From Nitrospirales bacterium (GTDB lineage: Bacteria > Nitrospirota > Nitrospiria > Nitrospirales > UBA8639): a DNA stretch of 64,000 bases. The stretch spans positions 256,001-320,000 of the forward strand of contig CBDBCZ010000017.1 in NCBI GenBank assembly GCA_965203295.1. The letters run 5' to 3'. Of the stretch, positions 39,476-53,200 are shown piece by piece. Under the pieces are notes generated by a model that saw nothing but the letters and a program-made list of their open reading frames with translations, was not told the origin of the DNA and searched no databases. Within the stretch, counting starts at the first letter, position 1. Each line of letters begins with the position of its first letter. The translations under genes and the position numbers were made by a program.

Positions 39476-40971
39476 AAACTGTTATACTTAATATGTGAAT
39501 GTTGTTAGAAAGGCTGTTCATAATATAGCTAGCTTATATAGTCGCTTTTCTTGAGTTCAATCATTACAATGATCACTTTTGCTGTTTTATAGTTATGATT
39601 GATGAATGAATGCAGTTGCGAGTTACTTTGGAGTGTATTGTAACTATGCAGCTATGCATGTAAAAATGTTTATATACACATACATCTGTTGCCATTGTTG
39701 TTACAAATCAGATCTGGGAATCAGATAAGATATTCGATTACAGCACAATGGTCTGTTGCTACATCATATGGGTGTGTATCAGATTAAACCATGCAGGAAT
39801 CCTTCCGAATCTCAGTCTTCCTGACTGAGTTTGGGTAGGAGACTATGGAGAAGCCAACTAAATCACAACCAAGCTAACACTGAGGTTGGATACTGGATAT
39901 TTTTTTAAAAAAATGATCCGATGCCCTGGATGTATGTTCTATAGAACAGAAGTACATGTAAACTTGTAGGTATTTACTACTCTTACCAAGATGAGGGTGT
40001 GGCATAGCAGTTATAAATTGTGGAACGCAGGAGAAGCTGTGAAAGTTGGCTTTCAAGTCTGGGGTTACTACACTTTATCATTTGCCTCGTATACCTTAGT
40101 TAAAGCAACGAATGAAGCGGTTAGTACAGTTGCAGTGAGTACTGTACTAGCTCAGACTCAAATTGTTTATGCCATACTTCAAACTCTTGTGTACCAACAA
40201 TTGTGTTGTAGAGTAATTCTATTATTGTGTGCCTGCATGTTAAATATTGGTGTGCATCTCATGATTAAAATTATTAAGGCTGTTTCTGCCTTACCCTTGT
40301 ATACTTTTCTTAGAATCAAGTAACATGTGTGGTTTCTATAGGAGGAAAAGCAGAGGAAAAGGTATTCAATCCCTCAAGTTAACTACATGTGTGGCTTCTA
40401 GCATAAGAAAAGGTATCAAATTATGTGTGGTTTCTATAGGAGGAAAAGCAGAGGAAAAGGTATTCAATCCCTCAAGTTAACTACATGTGTGGTTTCTATC
40501 ATGAGAAAAGGTATTCAATTCCTCAAATTATGTGTGGTTTCTATAGGAGGAAAAGCAGAGGAAAAGGTATTCAATCCCTCAAGTTACAGGTGTGGTTTCT
40601 AGCATGATAGGAAAAGCAGAGGGAAAAGGTCTTCAAGTTACATGTATCATTTCTAGCAAAAAAAAAGAAGTATTCAATTCCTAAGTAGTTACCATCTGGT
40701 AGCTATAGTCACTGGAAGCAATATTGCCTCCATGAAAATTATAAGAGTAGCTATGCCATGAACATTTGGCAAAGAACTCCCTGCAACTGAGCTAACCATT
40801 CCATTAAATAAAGTTTTTTCTGCAGTGCATGCAACACGTGTTCCAGGTCCTTTAGTAGAAAAAGACCACACCAAAATACTCATTCAGACCCGGCCAGCCC
40901 TGTTTAAGCTCAGTCTGCTTTGTGGCAGAAAGGCATCGCCTACAATAGGTGGCTTTCTTTCAAGTTTCAAG

Positions 40972-41098
<127 letters not shown>

Positions 41099-43860
41099 AG
41101 CAAGCACTGCAAGGTGAGGGTTTAGTAATGCTCCACCCTCTAAGGTTGGGCCGAGGGCCACTCAGTGACGTGATATGGTAGCAAAACAGGGAAGGGACAG
41201 CTAGTCCTACGTCTGTTTACATGATCATGCCTGTGTGTTTATTGCTGGTTACTAGGCCACTGGAAGCAGTGCAACCAGTGATGCTCCAGTCTTCTTCAGC
41301 TTGCTGTACCGCACTACCTGTGTCGCACTGTGCATGGGGGTAGTCTCGTGACCAAATGTAGACCATTGATTCAGAAACGGTGGTCTGGGATCATTTCTAT
41401 GTCAAATTTGCTCTCAGACTGCCGTAATGAGATTTATTTATCCTTACGTACATGACGTCGACGTATTCTAATTCCTGCCACAGCTATGGATGCGGCAGGA
41501 TAATTTGAAATAGCAATGATCCCAGACCACCGTTTTTTTTTGCGTGGTCTGGTCACAAGACTAGCATGGGGGTTGGTGGACAGCTAGCTAACTGACAGAA
41601 TGACTGAGTTGGGGAGATACCAATTCCGGAGAGGATACGTTCACAAGGAGGCACCGTGCAGATTCCTGATGACAACAGTACGTTAACCTTTTATTGCGCG
41701 GTACTGTAGTTTAGCTGCGATCTGGAAGAAGTTCAATATTACTGCTCAGTCTGAGAAGTATTCACAATAAAATTTCATCCTTCTGCCTATTTTGCTTTGT
41801 TGGGTAAAATTGATAGCCCATTTTGCTTGCATAAGTGTTTATTCTTTTGGTTGCCTATTTTGCTCAAAATTCTGCTAGCAGATTGTGTCAAGGACTACTT
41901 GTGATCCCTGACTATAGAAGTACAGTATTGCCTTGACATATAGTGGTCCTTGAATAATAAGGACACACAATACTACTGACTTGCAGGTGCTCTGCCTTTT
42001 TCCGAGTGTTGTATACATACATATGTGTTCAGCAGGAAGTCCTTGAATAATAAGGACACACAATACTACTGACTTGCAGGTGCTCTGCCTTTTTCCGAGT
42101 GTTGTATACATACATATGTGTTCAGCAGGAAGTCCTTGAATAATAAGGACATACAAGACCACTGACTTGCAGGTGCTCTGCTGCCCTCTTTCGAGTGTTG
42201 TATGTGTACAGCTGGACCACCTTGAATAATAAGGACATGCAACACTACTGGTCTCTGCTGACTTGCCAGTGCTCTCGTTTCTTTTGAGTGTTACATGTGT
42301 ACAGCAAGATTACCTTGAATAATAAGGACATGCAACACTACTGGTCACTGCTGACTTGCCAGTGCTCTCGTTTCTATTGAGTGTTACATGTGTACAGCAA
42401 GATTACCTTGAATAATAAGGACGTGCAACACTACTGGTCACTGCTGACTTGCCAATACTCTGCCTTCTTCCGAGTGTTGTATGTGTACAGCAAGATTATA
42501 CCTTGAATAATAAGGACATGCAACACTACTGGTCACTGCTGACTTGCCAGAGGATCTACAACCAATCACCATCAGAGGGACTCCATTGAGGCTGTGTCTA
42601 AGTTTAAGTACATGTACCTTGGTTCAATTGTGGAGGTGCAAGGAGAAGTGCTGAAGGCCGGACGCGGAGAGCAGGATTGCCAAAGCATCACTGTGCAGAG
42701 TCTGACCTATTATCCAGAATAGCAGTCTGTCCCGGAGGAAAGTATATCATGCTGTGATCCTAGGAGTATTACTATATAACAACAGGTGTCTTAAGTGAAT
42801 GCAAAGCACAACAGTGCATTGGTCGTATCACCAATGTGATGTCAGAAGGAGATTTGGAGAGGAGAAGATTCTCAAGGATGTGGTGATGGCAAGGGGCTAA
42901 GTTGGCTGGGTCATGTTGGCATGCTGCATGGATACAAAATTAAGCTAAAGCCTTCTGGAGAGGACATGTCCATAAGGAGGCACCATACATTAAATTTTCG
43001 CATATATGGGAATGATGCCGATTGGGCTGGTATGGGTGCCTGCATGGTGATAGCTCATGATCATTAGTGTGGAAGGGGCCAAAAATCCGTTGACCCGCCT
43101 CAGTTTCCATTTTGAGGCACTTTTAAACATGACTGAATGCTCTGATGCTGAAACCATATTACTTTGTGTCTCAAAATGCTTAAAATAGTCACCACCACCA
43201 CTTTGTCAATCAATGTGACTACTAGCTATGTTATAGTAGCTTATTAGCTAACTATACATACACGGTGATGAAGACAGAAAATTACAATAGCTGGGAACTA
43301 TTATAGCTAATAATTTGAAAATCTCCATCAAATTAATTTATGTTAGTGACTAAAGCAGAATGAAATATTGGTGGCATTGCATCACTCTCCCTTAGATTGA
43401 CCACTTACTAGGTGATGAGTGGGTTAATTAATTAAATGACGTTGCCAGGACGCTTTTACCAAATTGCAAGCTTAGGTTCTTAAATTGGCTGTAAGTATCT
43501 ACCTAGCTAGCTACATGTAGCTCCGGCCATGGGCAAACTGATTATCTATGGACTACATGTAGCAACTACCAAACTCAATCTAGCTAACAGTAGTGAAATT
43601 TCTGGTGCAGCACTATTATCCATTGGGCAGTAAATTATTCCCAAACTTCACGACGACTCAGGCCATATATAGTGCTATACCAGAAGATTAATTTGTAACG
43701 TATATTTTCACTTGTAATGTTCGAAAAACGGCAATTTTATCTTGGCTACACCCACCTGTCTTGTAAAAGTGTATTTCCACTCAGGCCTTCAACATCGATC
43801 ACTCACGAAATGTATCTCACATTTCAACAAACACACACAATTAAACCTAAAGTCTCCAGC

Positions 43861-43922
<62 letters not shown>

Positions 43923-44642
43923 CGACAGACAGACAGACAGACAGACAGACCCAATCTTAACCCCGCCGCTTGCGCACGTGGTAATAAGCCACCACCGGAA
44001 ACTACATCTCGGACTCTGACCCCGGATCTGGAATGGCTTCCGTATGATATTACGCAAAATAAACTTGAAGAAAAAATAAACACTTGCGTGACTCTGCAAA
44101 GTATAATACTACTCTCACTCTTCCAGACCGGTAAGAGCAGTGTATTAGTTATTATTGTCATAATCAAGCTTTCTGAAAGTTAATGTCTTCATTCGTTTTG
44201 CTCTAGAGTATTTTTTTTGAATTACTGTTTCATCGTGTATAGACATTGCTGAGAACCGCAAAGACAGCTATTTCATCTGTGGGAACGGAAACATTTAAGG
44301 TTCTCGACTCAGTAAGTGGCCGCGTTTAATACTTAGAAAATTGGATATACTGCACGCCGAGCTACAGTGGATTAGCTATCTCGTTCCCAGGCTCTTCTGC
44401 CCAGTTTTATTTCGCACGGTCTGACCGCGTGCGTGCGAAGCGGCGAAAAAAAGCTGGGCAGAGGAGGCTGCAAACGAGGCTAATCTACAGCGCATGTATG
44501 CATAAATTGCGCAATATACTTAGTACAATCATAACAACGCGCTGTGTGTAGGGTTATTTTACAGCTCTTCCGTCCGACACTATTCAGAACGCGAAAGGTT
44601 ACCTTCACTGGAGCTCAAGCTTTAACACATGCACTAGGCGCG

Positions 44643-46263
44643 ATGTTGGCTCTCCGTGTGTTAGCAGCTGCCCCCCGGGCTGCAAGAATGTGCGGGGCCC
44701 CCCAGAGGCTGTTCACCCGCAAGTTCAGCCCCCTGGCAAGCCGTTGGTACAACAACCAGCCGGAGAAGAGTCCGATGATCACTAAGAGGATGAGCTCACA
44801 GTCAGGTCAGTGCATGACTGTATATTATGATTATTCTCACTTCTAAATTATAATTCACAACTTACTTTTTTCTGCCTTTTTAAAAAAATATCCGATATTA
44901 GCTAATTGTTAAAAAAAGGCAAAAAAAAAGTAAAAAAAGATTTTAAGTAAGAATTATTGGTAGAACTCCTGTTACCATAAGACCCTTATTGTATGCATGT
45001 CCGGATGCACATATATAATAAAACCACGCACTGTGTTGGCATGCATGCATGGATTACTTTGCCTTTTAATATCTGTTGGTCAAGGACCATTCAAGTCTAA
45101 TTTTGGGTGCATATGTTCACTGCTATATAGTACCTGTGCATAGTAAATGCATAATATACCTTTCATTGAAAACCAAAACAAACTTAACAGTCAGAATATC
45201 TTTTCTTACAATGACAGAGAGTACACTGATGCCAGCAATACCAACGTCGACGACTGACATCGCCATCAAATATATCAACGATACTGGTTCTACTGATTTT
45301 TCAGTAGTAGTGTTCACGAAGAACTTCAGTGTTGATACTCCTGAGGTATACTTTGCAGCCTGGGAAGTTATCCGCGTCCAATCTTCCTCTGAATTTATAT
45401 ACCCTATATCAACATCTATTGGAGCAAGTTATCTGCTTGGTTATCAGTTCAACACGATGGGACCCTTTGGTGCTGTGCTGGGATCAACCTGGGAAATTAA
45501 TCAGGATAATAAGGCGAACACTCCGGTTTTAAGTCCAGGTTTGTATACGCATGCAGTGTGATCGATCGTTGGATGTGCCCAAGAGCTTGCCTACGTACAT
45601 AAAGTTTATAATGCCACATGCCTATAATAGCTTCATAGTTAGCTATTTACTGCTATATATTTGTCATTATTTGCCCTTAGCTTTTGGATTTCTGTGCTTG
45701 CATGCAAGTCCAACTTCCCTCTCAACACAGTCCCTGAAATATAGACCTTGAGCTCGAATTATCCATGGCTAATTGGCCAGTGGCTTGTATACCAGGCCAG
45801 CATCACCTTTGCTCTCCCATAGAAGCTCAATAATGACATGTCTCCCATTATTATAATAGCTAGTAATGTATATATTATCAGCACGTTGAAGTAGGTCATG
45901 GTTTTCCTTGCAGTGACTGCTCTTCCCAATCCCAACAATACCATCGTGGTGAAGAATACACCTCCTCTCGGTGGTACATGGAGTGGTCGAACGTACGATG
46001 TCTCTCTGTACAAGAGTGGTAAACTGTTGGTGACCCAGAGAGATGTGCACGTTGGCAGCCAAGCTGACATAGAGCTGCAGCCGAAACTTTTCTTTGGAGT
46101 TGTTAGCAATCTTCACATTGGAGAAGTATTTACATCTCTCAACATAACCGAAGCGCTTACAGAGTTTGACCTCAGCCAGTTCCCCAATGGCCTGATGGTG
46201 ACCCTCACCCAGGAGCCAGTTGGAGGCCAGTACACGTTTACTGGAGGACAAATGCCAGCTTAA
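44643..46263 (+). CDS. Family gene B5 (copy of B3): exons 44643-44805, 45218-45538, 45914-46263
   Basis: Same exon sizes and phases as B3. K38N difference in the presequence exon. Confidence 0.85.
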
Positions 46264-48035
46264 AATGACCCAAATATTGAAGATGTGAGCATTGTTTAAT
46301 TCTTTGAAACCCTTTAGGTCGTAGCTAGTTTATTTAGTGACTTTTAATTTTTCTGTTTTTTAATGAGTTTGATTTTAGATTGAAACACATGCAATTATAG
46401 CTATAATTGCTTGTTTATAATAATTATGTTATGAGTTGGCTACTCATGCAGATGCTTCCTCCTTTCTGTAGGTAGCTACCAGCTGTTTCCTCCATGCCTT
46501 GGGCTAATACTAGCTGTTTCCTCTACACTGTGGGCACCCCATTCCTCCATGCCTTGGGCTAATACTAGCTGTTTCCTCTACACTGTGGGCACCCCATTCC
46601 TCCATGCCTTGGGCTAATACTAGCTGTTTCCTCTACACTGTGGGCACCCCATTCCTCCATGCCTTGGGCTAATACTAGCTGTTTCCTCTACACTGTGGGC
46701 ACCCCATTCCTCCATGCCTTGGGCTAATACTAGCTGTTTCCTCTACACTGTGGGCACCCCATTCCTCCATGCCTTGGGCTAATACTAGCTGTTTCCTCTA
46801 CACTGTGGGCACCCCATATAGCTGACTAATGCACCTCTAGTTGTATCAGCCTAGCAGTGTGTGTGTGCATGTGGTTGCCAGGCAATTAATTAGGACTTTA
46901 GCGTAGCAAAGCTAACGGCTGTTTGTAATTTCACCTGTATATGGGTGGGTTACTATATAAGGTATATTATGCGCTCTGGCACAGTACATACTGTGGTACA
47001 ATGAATCAGGTGATTTCTTACATCTTACTTCAGGGCATCCAGATCGTGTAATTATAGATCCAAATCTATTATCAACAACTATTAATTAACCTTACACATT
47101 ACCTAATGACAGTCTGGTCGACTACAGTCACCATTTCAAATCTCCTTTCAATATTCAGAGCCACATACCAAAACAAATGGGCTTGAAATGGGCAAAGGTA
47201 GCTAGCTGCCAAAGTAATGTGAGAGTTGGGAGAACTGCATGGACTTTATATAGCTAAAGATTTACGTACCATTAGTATAACTTATATTATATTATAATTA
47301 TGTTTAGTAACATTCATCTTGCTGACACAGTAAGCTGGCTACCTAGCTACACCATGCATCCTGATCACCATGGATCGACCAGGTTACTTCCTAGTATCCC
47401 AAATTAATGTTTGCTTCAATAATCTCATCATGGCGCCACTGTACGACAAAAAAAAAAAGACGGAAAAAAAATTAGGCTTGGGGTGAGGCACTACGCGCAC
47501 ACCGGAAACTACATGTCGGACCCCGAATGTTTCCGGTACTGGCATATTTAAAGTAACACGAAAACGCTGCGCCAGCAGAGTGTTATTCGGTGCGACTATT
47601 ACTCGTACGGTAAGAAAAGAACGTTCTTTCTGAAAGAAACTTTCGGCGCTGCATTCCTTCAGTGAATGTACGCTGTAACTTCCACTGGTGTGACTGTAAA
47701 ATTTATCAAAATTGTTTTCACCTTGTAGCTAAACAGACATCGCCGAAAACTGCAAGGACAGCGATTGCAACTGATTCCTGAAAAGAAACTCTCAGTAAGT
47801 AGCCGTTACTTTAATTTTTTTTTAAAATTGAATACGTGTAACTTTACAGTTACTGTAACTGTTTTTTTATTATTAAATTTTCCTGAACTTCACTTTAACA
47901 TTTTGGCGAGTTTAATACTATTAGACCATTACAATTAATTGTCAGACTGGGTTCATGCATTCGCAACTATATACGGTTCTTTCAATAGTTACTGTATCTT
48001 ATGACACACACAGAACCCGAAAGGTCACAGGCGCG

Positions 48036-49461
48036 ATGTTGGCTCTCCGTGTGTTAGTATCCGCCCCTCGGGCTGCAAGAATGTGCGGGGTTCCTCAGAG
48101 GCAGTTCACCCGCAAGTTCAGCCCCCTGGCAAGCCGTTGGTACAACAAACAGCCGGGGAAGAGTCCGATGATCCCTAAAAGCATGAGCTCAGGTCAGTGA
48201 CTGCGCGTTTATTGTATATCTATCGAGTGGAGCTCTTATATTAATAAACTATAATAGTACTGCATAAAAACGTGTATAATAGAGAATTAATCTACAAGAG
48301 GTAGGTGTTATTATAATAAATACTAAAGGTATGGCACTTCCATGATGCCTGGCACTTCACATGCATGCAGGCACTGACATACAGCATTTGCATGATATAT
48401 ATACTGCAGCAATTGTCAGGACTACATGATTGTAAAATTACAAGTAAGTGTATCCTGACGTTTTTGACACACTCATGGCCTTTAAACTGACCACCAAGCA
48501 TTCAAACACGATTTTCCTTTGTTACTATGTACTACATGGATTGATGTATATATGTGTTTTCTTACATTAACAGCTAAAACACTGTCGGCGGCTATGTCAT
48601 CGGCTGTTACTAACATCGAAATCATGTACGTCAATAATACTGGTTCTACTGATTTCGCGACAGTGGTGTTCACAAAGAACTTCAACGTCAACACTCCTGA
48701 GGTAGTCTATGCAGCCTGGGAAGTCATTCGTGTCCAAACTTCCTCCAAATTTGTATACCCTATATCAACATCTATTGGAGCAACTTATCAACTTCGTGAT
48801 CAACACAACACGATGGGACCCTTTGGTGCTGTGCTGGGATCAACCTGGGAAATTAATCAGGATAATAAAGCAACCACTCCGGTTTTACAGTCAGGTTTGC
48901 GTACAGCGTGATGTGTTACTACATTAATTACCTATTACCCAATTAGAATAATAAGCACTTCCAAGGTTTTCTTTTCTTGACTATAAGTTAGTAACTACAA
49001 TTGGTTCACATAATACCACTCCAGAATACATAGGAGTGCATTGATAAATAGCTAAATGCCTGACACTGTATGATCATACCAAATGAGGTAATGTTCTTCC
49101 TTGAATTGCAGTGAATGCTGTTCCCAATCCCAACAATACTATTGTGGTGAAGAACGTACCTCCTCGGGGTGGTACATGGACCGGTCGAATGTATGATGTC
49201 TCTCTGTACAAGAGTGGTAAGCTGTTGGTGACCCAGAAAGATGTGCACGTTGGCAGCCAAGCTGACATAGAGCTGCAGCCAAAAGTTTTCTTTGGAGTGG
49301 TTCGCAACATACATGTTGGAGACGTATTTAAATCTCTCGACATAACCGAAGGGCTTACCCAGTTTGACCTCAGCCAGTTTCCTGGTGGCCTAAAGGTGAC
49401 CCTTGACCAGGAGGCAGTTGGAGGCCAGTACACGTTTACTGGAGGACAACTCCCAGCTTAA
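48036..49461 (+). CDS. Family gene B6 (copy of B4): exons 48036-48192, 48574-48894, 49112-49461
   Basis: Same exon sizes and phases as B4. NIQV versus NIHV difference in the last exon. Confidence 0.85.
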
Positions 49462-50208
49462 AAACTGTTATACTTAATATGTGAATGTTGTTAGAAAGGC
49501 TGTTCATAATATAGCTAGCTTATATAGTCGCTTTTCTTGAGTTCAATCATTACAATGATCACTTTTGCTGTTTTATAGTTATGATTGATGAATGAATGCA
49601 GTTGCGAGTTACTTTGGAGTGCATTGTAACTATGCAGCTATGCATGTAAAAATGTTTATATACACATACATCTGTTGCCATTGTTGTTACAAATCAGATC
49701 TGGGAATCAGATAAGATATTCGATTACAGCACAATGGTCTGTTGCTACATCATATGGGTGTGTATCAGATTAAACCATGCAGGAATCCTTCCGAATCTCA
49801 GTCTTCCTGACTGAGTTTGGGTAGGAGACTATGGAGAAGCCAACTAAATCACAACCAAGCTAACACTGAGGTTGGATACTGGATATTTTTTTAAAAAAAA
49901 TGATCCGATGCCCTGGATGTATGTTCTATAGAACAGAAGTACATGTAAACTTGTAGGTATTTACTACTCTTACCAAGATGAGGGTGTGGCATAGCAGTTA
50001 TAAATTGTGGAACGCACGAGAAGCTGTGAAAGTTGGCTTTCAAGTCTGGGGTTACTACACTTTATCATTTGCCTCGTATACCTAGGCACATTATCAATCC
50101 CGAGAAAAGCTGAATTGGATGCCATGTGAGTGCCAATTCAATGCAATGTTCAGTTGAATGTTGACAGACTGCACTCCAATGAAAGAGCTGAGTATTGTAA
50201 GTAGTTCT

Positions 50209-53200
50209 CTATGATGCATCGTCACCGTGGTGCTTTGCGTATATGTCTGGAAATTCAAATGTTTGATCTGCCTGCAGAAAAGAAACAAAACAATGACCAC
50301 TGATCAGCACAGAAGCAGCCATATAGGATAATTTCAACTCTTTTTCACAGGCGAACCCTCTTTACTAAAGCAAGTGTTATTGATAACAAGCAATGGCATT
50401 TAGCCAATCCAGATATGTGGCTGGGAGAACACTTAATTTTATGTAGTTATGCTAGCTAACCAAGTATATACTGTAGTGATTGAATGGTTAGGCATGACAA
50501 TATCTTTCATATGAATGCAGGCTTGGTCATGCACTAAAAAATGGGTGTGATTTTGGTGGTATATAAGCCAAGCAGAAAAGATTTTCGTGATGTTATAATA
50601 GGATGCTGCATACTTACTTCCATAATCACAAGCATATGACTGATTGAGGCAGTTACGTATTGAGGCAGAAAATAATCAGTGTAACAATTAGAGTGGAGGG
50701 AAGACTATTCACACAAAAGCCACTTCCATACCTGAACTGCAACGCGGCTCCTCAGCATTCATGCACTTGTTAATTATCATATTATTACTGTTTGCTATAC
50801 ATGTACATGTAGATTTGGAATGTATGGTATATAGCTCCTTACTAGTGTAAGATACGCCACTTTAATATCTGGCTTTTTTCTTTTAATGTTCCACTGCCAC
50901 AGCGTTTTCTCTTTACCTGCAAAAACAAGTCATAATAAATGACGCTGCACGCAATACGAGCTAGTCACCTCAAATCAAACACTCTACTGTTCTATGACAG
51001 AGAATGCACTAAGAAACTAAGGTGGTGGTGGGCACAAAGGCACTAGGCTTTCTGGTTTTGTCTGGACTTGAAAGGACGTGCTCTTACCTACTCTGAAGGA
51101 TTACAGAAACCTTACAATGTACAATTTACGGCATAACTTAGTAGTAGTTTTGATATAATTAATCACCCACACACCATTAGTGCAGTTGGTTTACTCTGCA
51201 GCTAGCAAAAATATTGCAAACTGCTATTTCAATGCTGCTGAACATCTCATCACAGTGATAAGTAGTAGCCTCAAAACCAGGCTATTTAGGCGTTACGTTA
51301 GTGTTTCACCGATTCCCAGCTCATTTTATTTACTAGTGGATCTGTATGAAGGTTGCAATTCAGGCTGTCACGAAATTCATTAGTCCAGGTTGCCATGCAT
51401 GAGGTAATGTAAGGCTCATCCATGCAGTGTTATTGGAAACTACAGTGTACATAGAACTTGAGGAAATGCAAATTAAATAGTAAAAAACAGCTAGTAGCTG
51501 ACCAAAGCATGGAGGAAACAGATTGTCTGTAGCTACAAATAAGCAAAAACCATGACATGCGATAGAATCTGTACTACATAGATGATTTAGCCAGAAGAAC
51601 AGACAATAAGTTACTCACAAGTACATACACGTACGTAAATGCTGTCACAACACTAATCATCACTGCAACCTTCCACCTGTGACATGTGCACACTATGATA
51701 GCCATGAAAGGTACTACAATCGGCACAACTTTGTTCCCTAACGATCACATGCCCTGCTGCAGATAGTCACTGTAATCCACTTTCTGCAGTATGCCAGTCA
51801 CTTGCAGGAAAGAAGTTACTAAATACAATTTCAATCCATGTTTGCACTTGCAAACCTTAGGTAACTGCCCACTATAAAGAAGAAACATATAGTAGTTGCC
51901 CACAGCATGGAGGAAACAGCCTAGACAAACCAGTTGTGCTACTAATTAAGTGAAAGTGAAGGAAGAAATGTCATGGCAACACACTGTTGTGTGACAGAAC
52001 TCTGATCTATATTGCAGGACCGTTTCAGCGAGAGAGAGAGAGAGAGAGGAGAGAGGAGCGACAGTCTGTGCATGAGATCAATAGTGGCCATGCAGTGTTA
52101 TTGGAAACTACAATGTTTATAGAACTTGAGGAAATGCAAATTAAATAGTAAAAAAACAGCTAGTAGCTGACCAAAGCATGGAGGAAACAGATTGTCTGTA
52201 GCTACAAATAAGCAAAAACCATGACATGCGATAGAATCTGTACTACATAGATGATTTAGCCAGAAGAACAGACAATAAGTTACTCACAAGTACATACACG
52301 TACGTAAATGCTGTCACAACACTAATCATCACTGCAACCTTCCACCTGTGACATGTGCACACTATGATAGCCATGAAAGGTACTACAATCGGCACAACTT
52401 TGTTCCCTAACGATCACATGCCCTGCTGCAGATAGTCACTGTAATCCACTTTCAGCAGTGTGCCAGTCACTCGCAGGAAAGAGGTTACTAAATACAATTT
52501 CAATCCATGTTTGCACTTGCAAACCTTAGGTAACTGCCCACTATAAAGAAGAAACATATAGTAGTTGCCCACAGCATGGAGGAAACAGCCTAGACAAACC
52601 AGTTGTGCTACTAATTAAGTGAAAGTGAAGGAAGAAATGTCATGGCAACACACTGTTGTGTGACAGAACTCTGATCTATATTGCAGGATCGTTTCAGCGA
52701 GAGAGAGGAGCGACAGTCTGTGCATGAGATCAATAGTGGCCATGCAGTGTTATTGGAAACTACAATGTATATAGAACTGCAAATTAAATAGTAAAAAAAC
52801 AGCTAGATGCTGACCAAAGCATGAAGGAAACAGATTGTCTGTAGTAACAAATAAGCACAAACCATGACATGTGATAGAATCTGTACTACATAGATGATTT
52901 AGCCCAGAAGAACAGACAATAAGTTACTCAAAAGTAAATACACGTACGTAAATGCTGTCACAACACTAATCATCACTGCAACCTTCCACCTGTGACATGT
53001 GCACACTATGATAGCCATGAAAGGTACTACAATCGGCACAACTTTGTTCCCTAACGATCACATGCCCTGCTGCAGATAGTCACTGTAATCCACTTTCTGC
53101 AGTATGCCAGTCACTTGCAGGAAAGAGGTTACTAAATACAATTTCAATCCATGTTTGCACTTGCAAACCTTAGGTAACTGCCCACTATAAAGAAGAAACA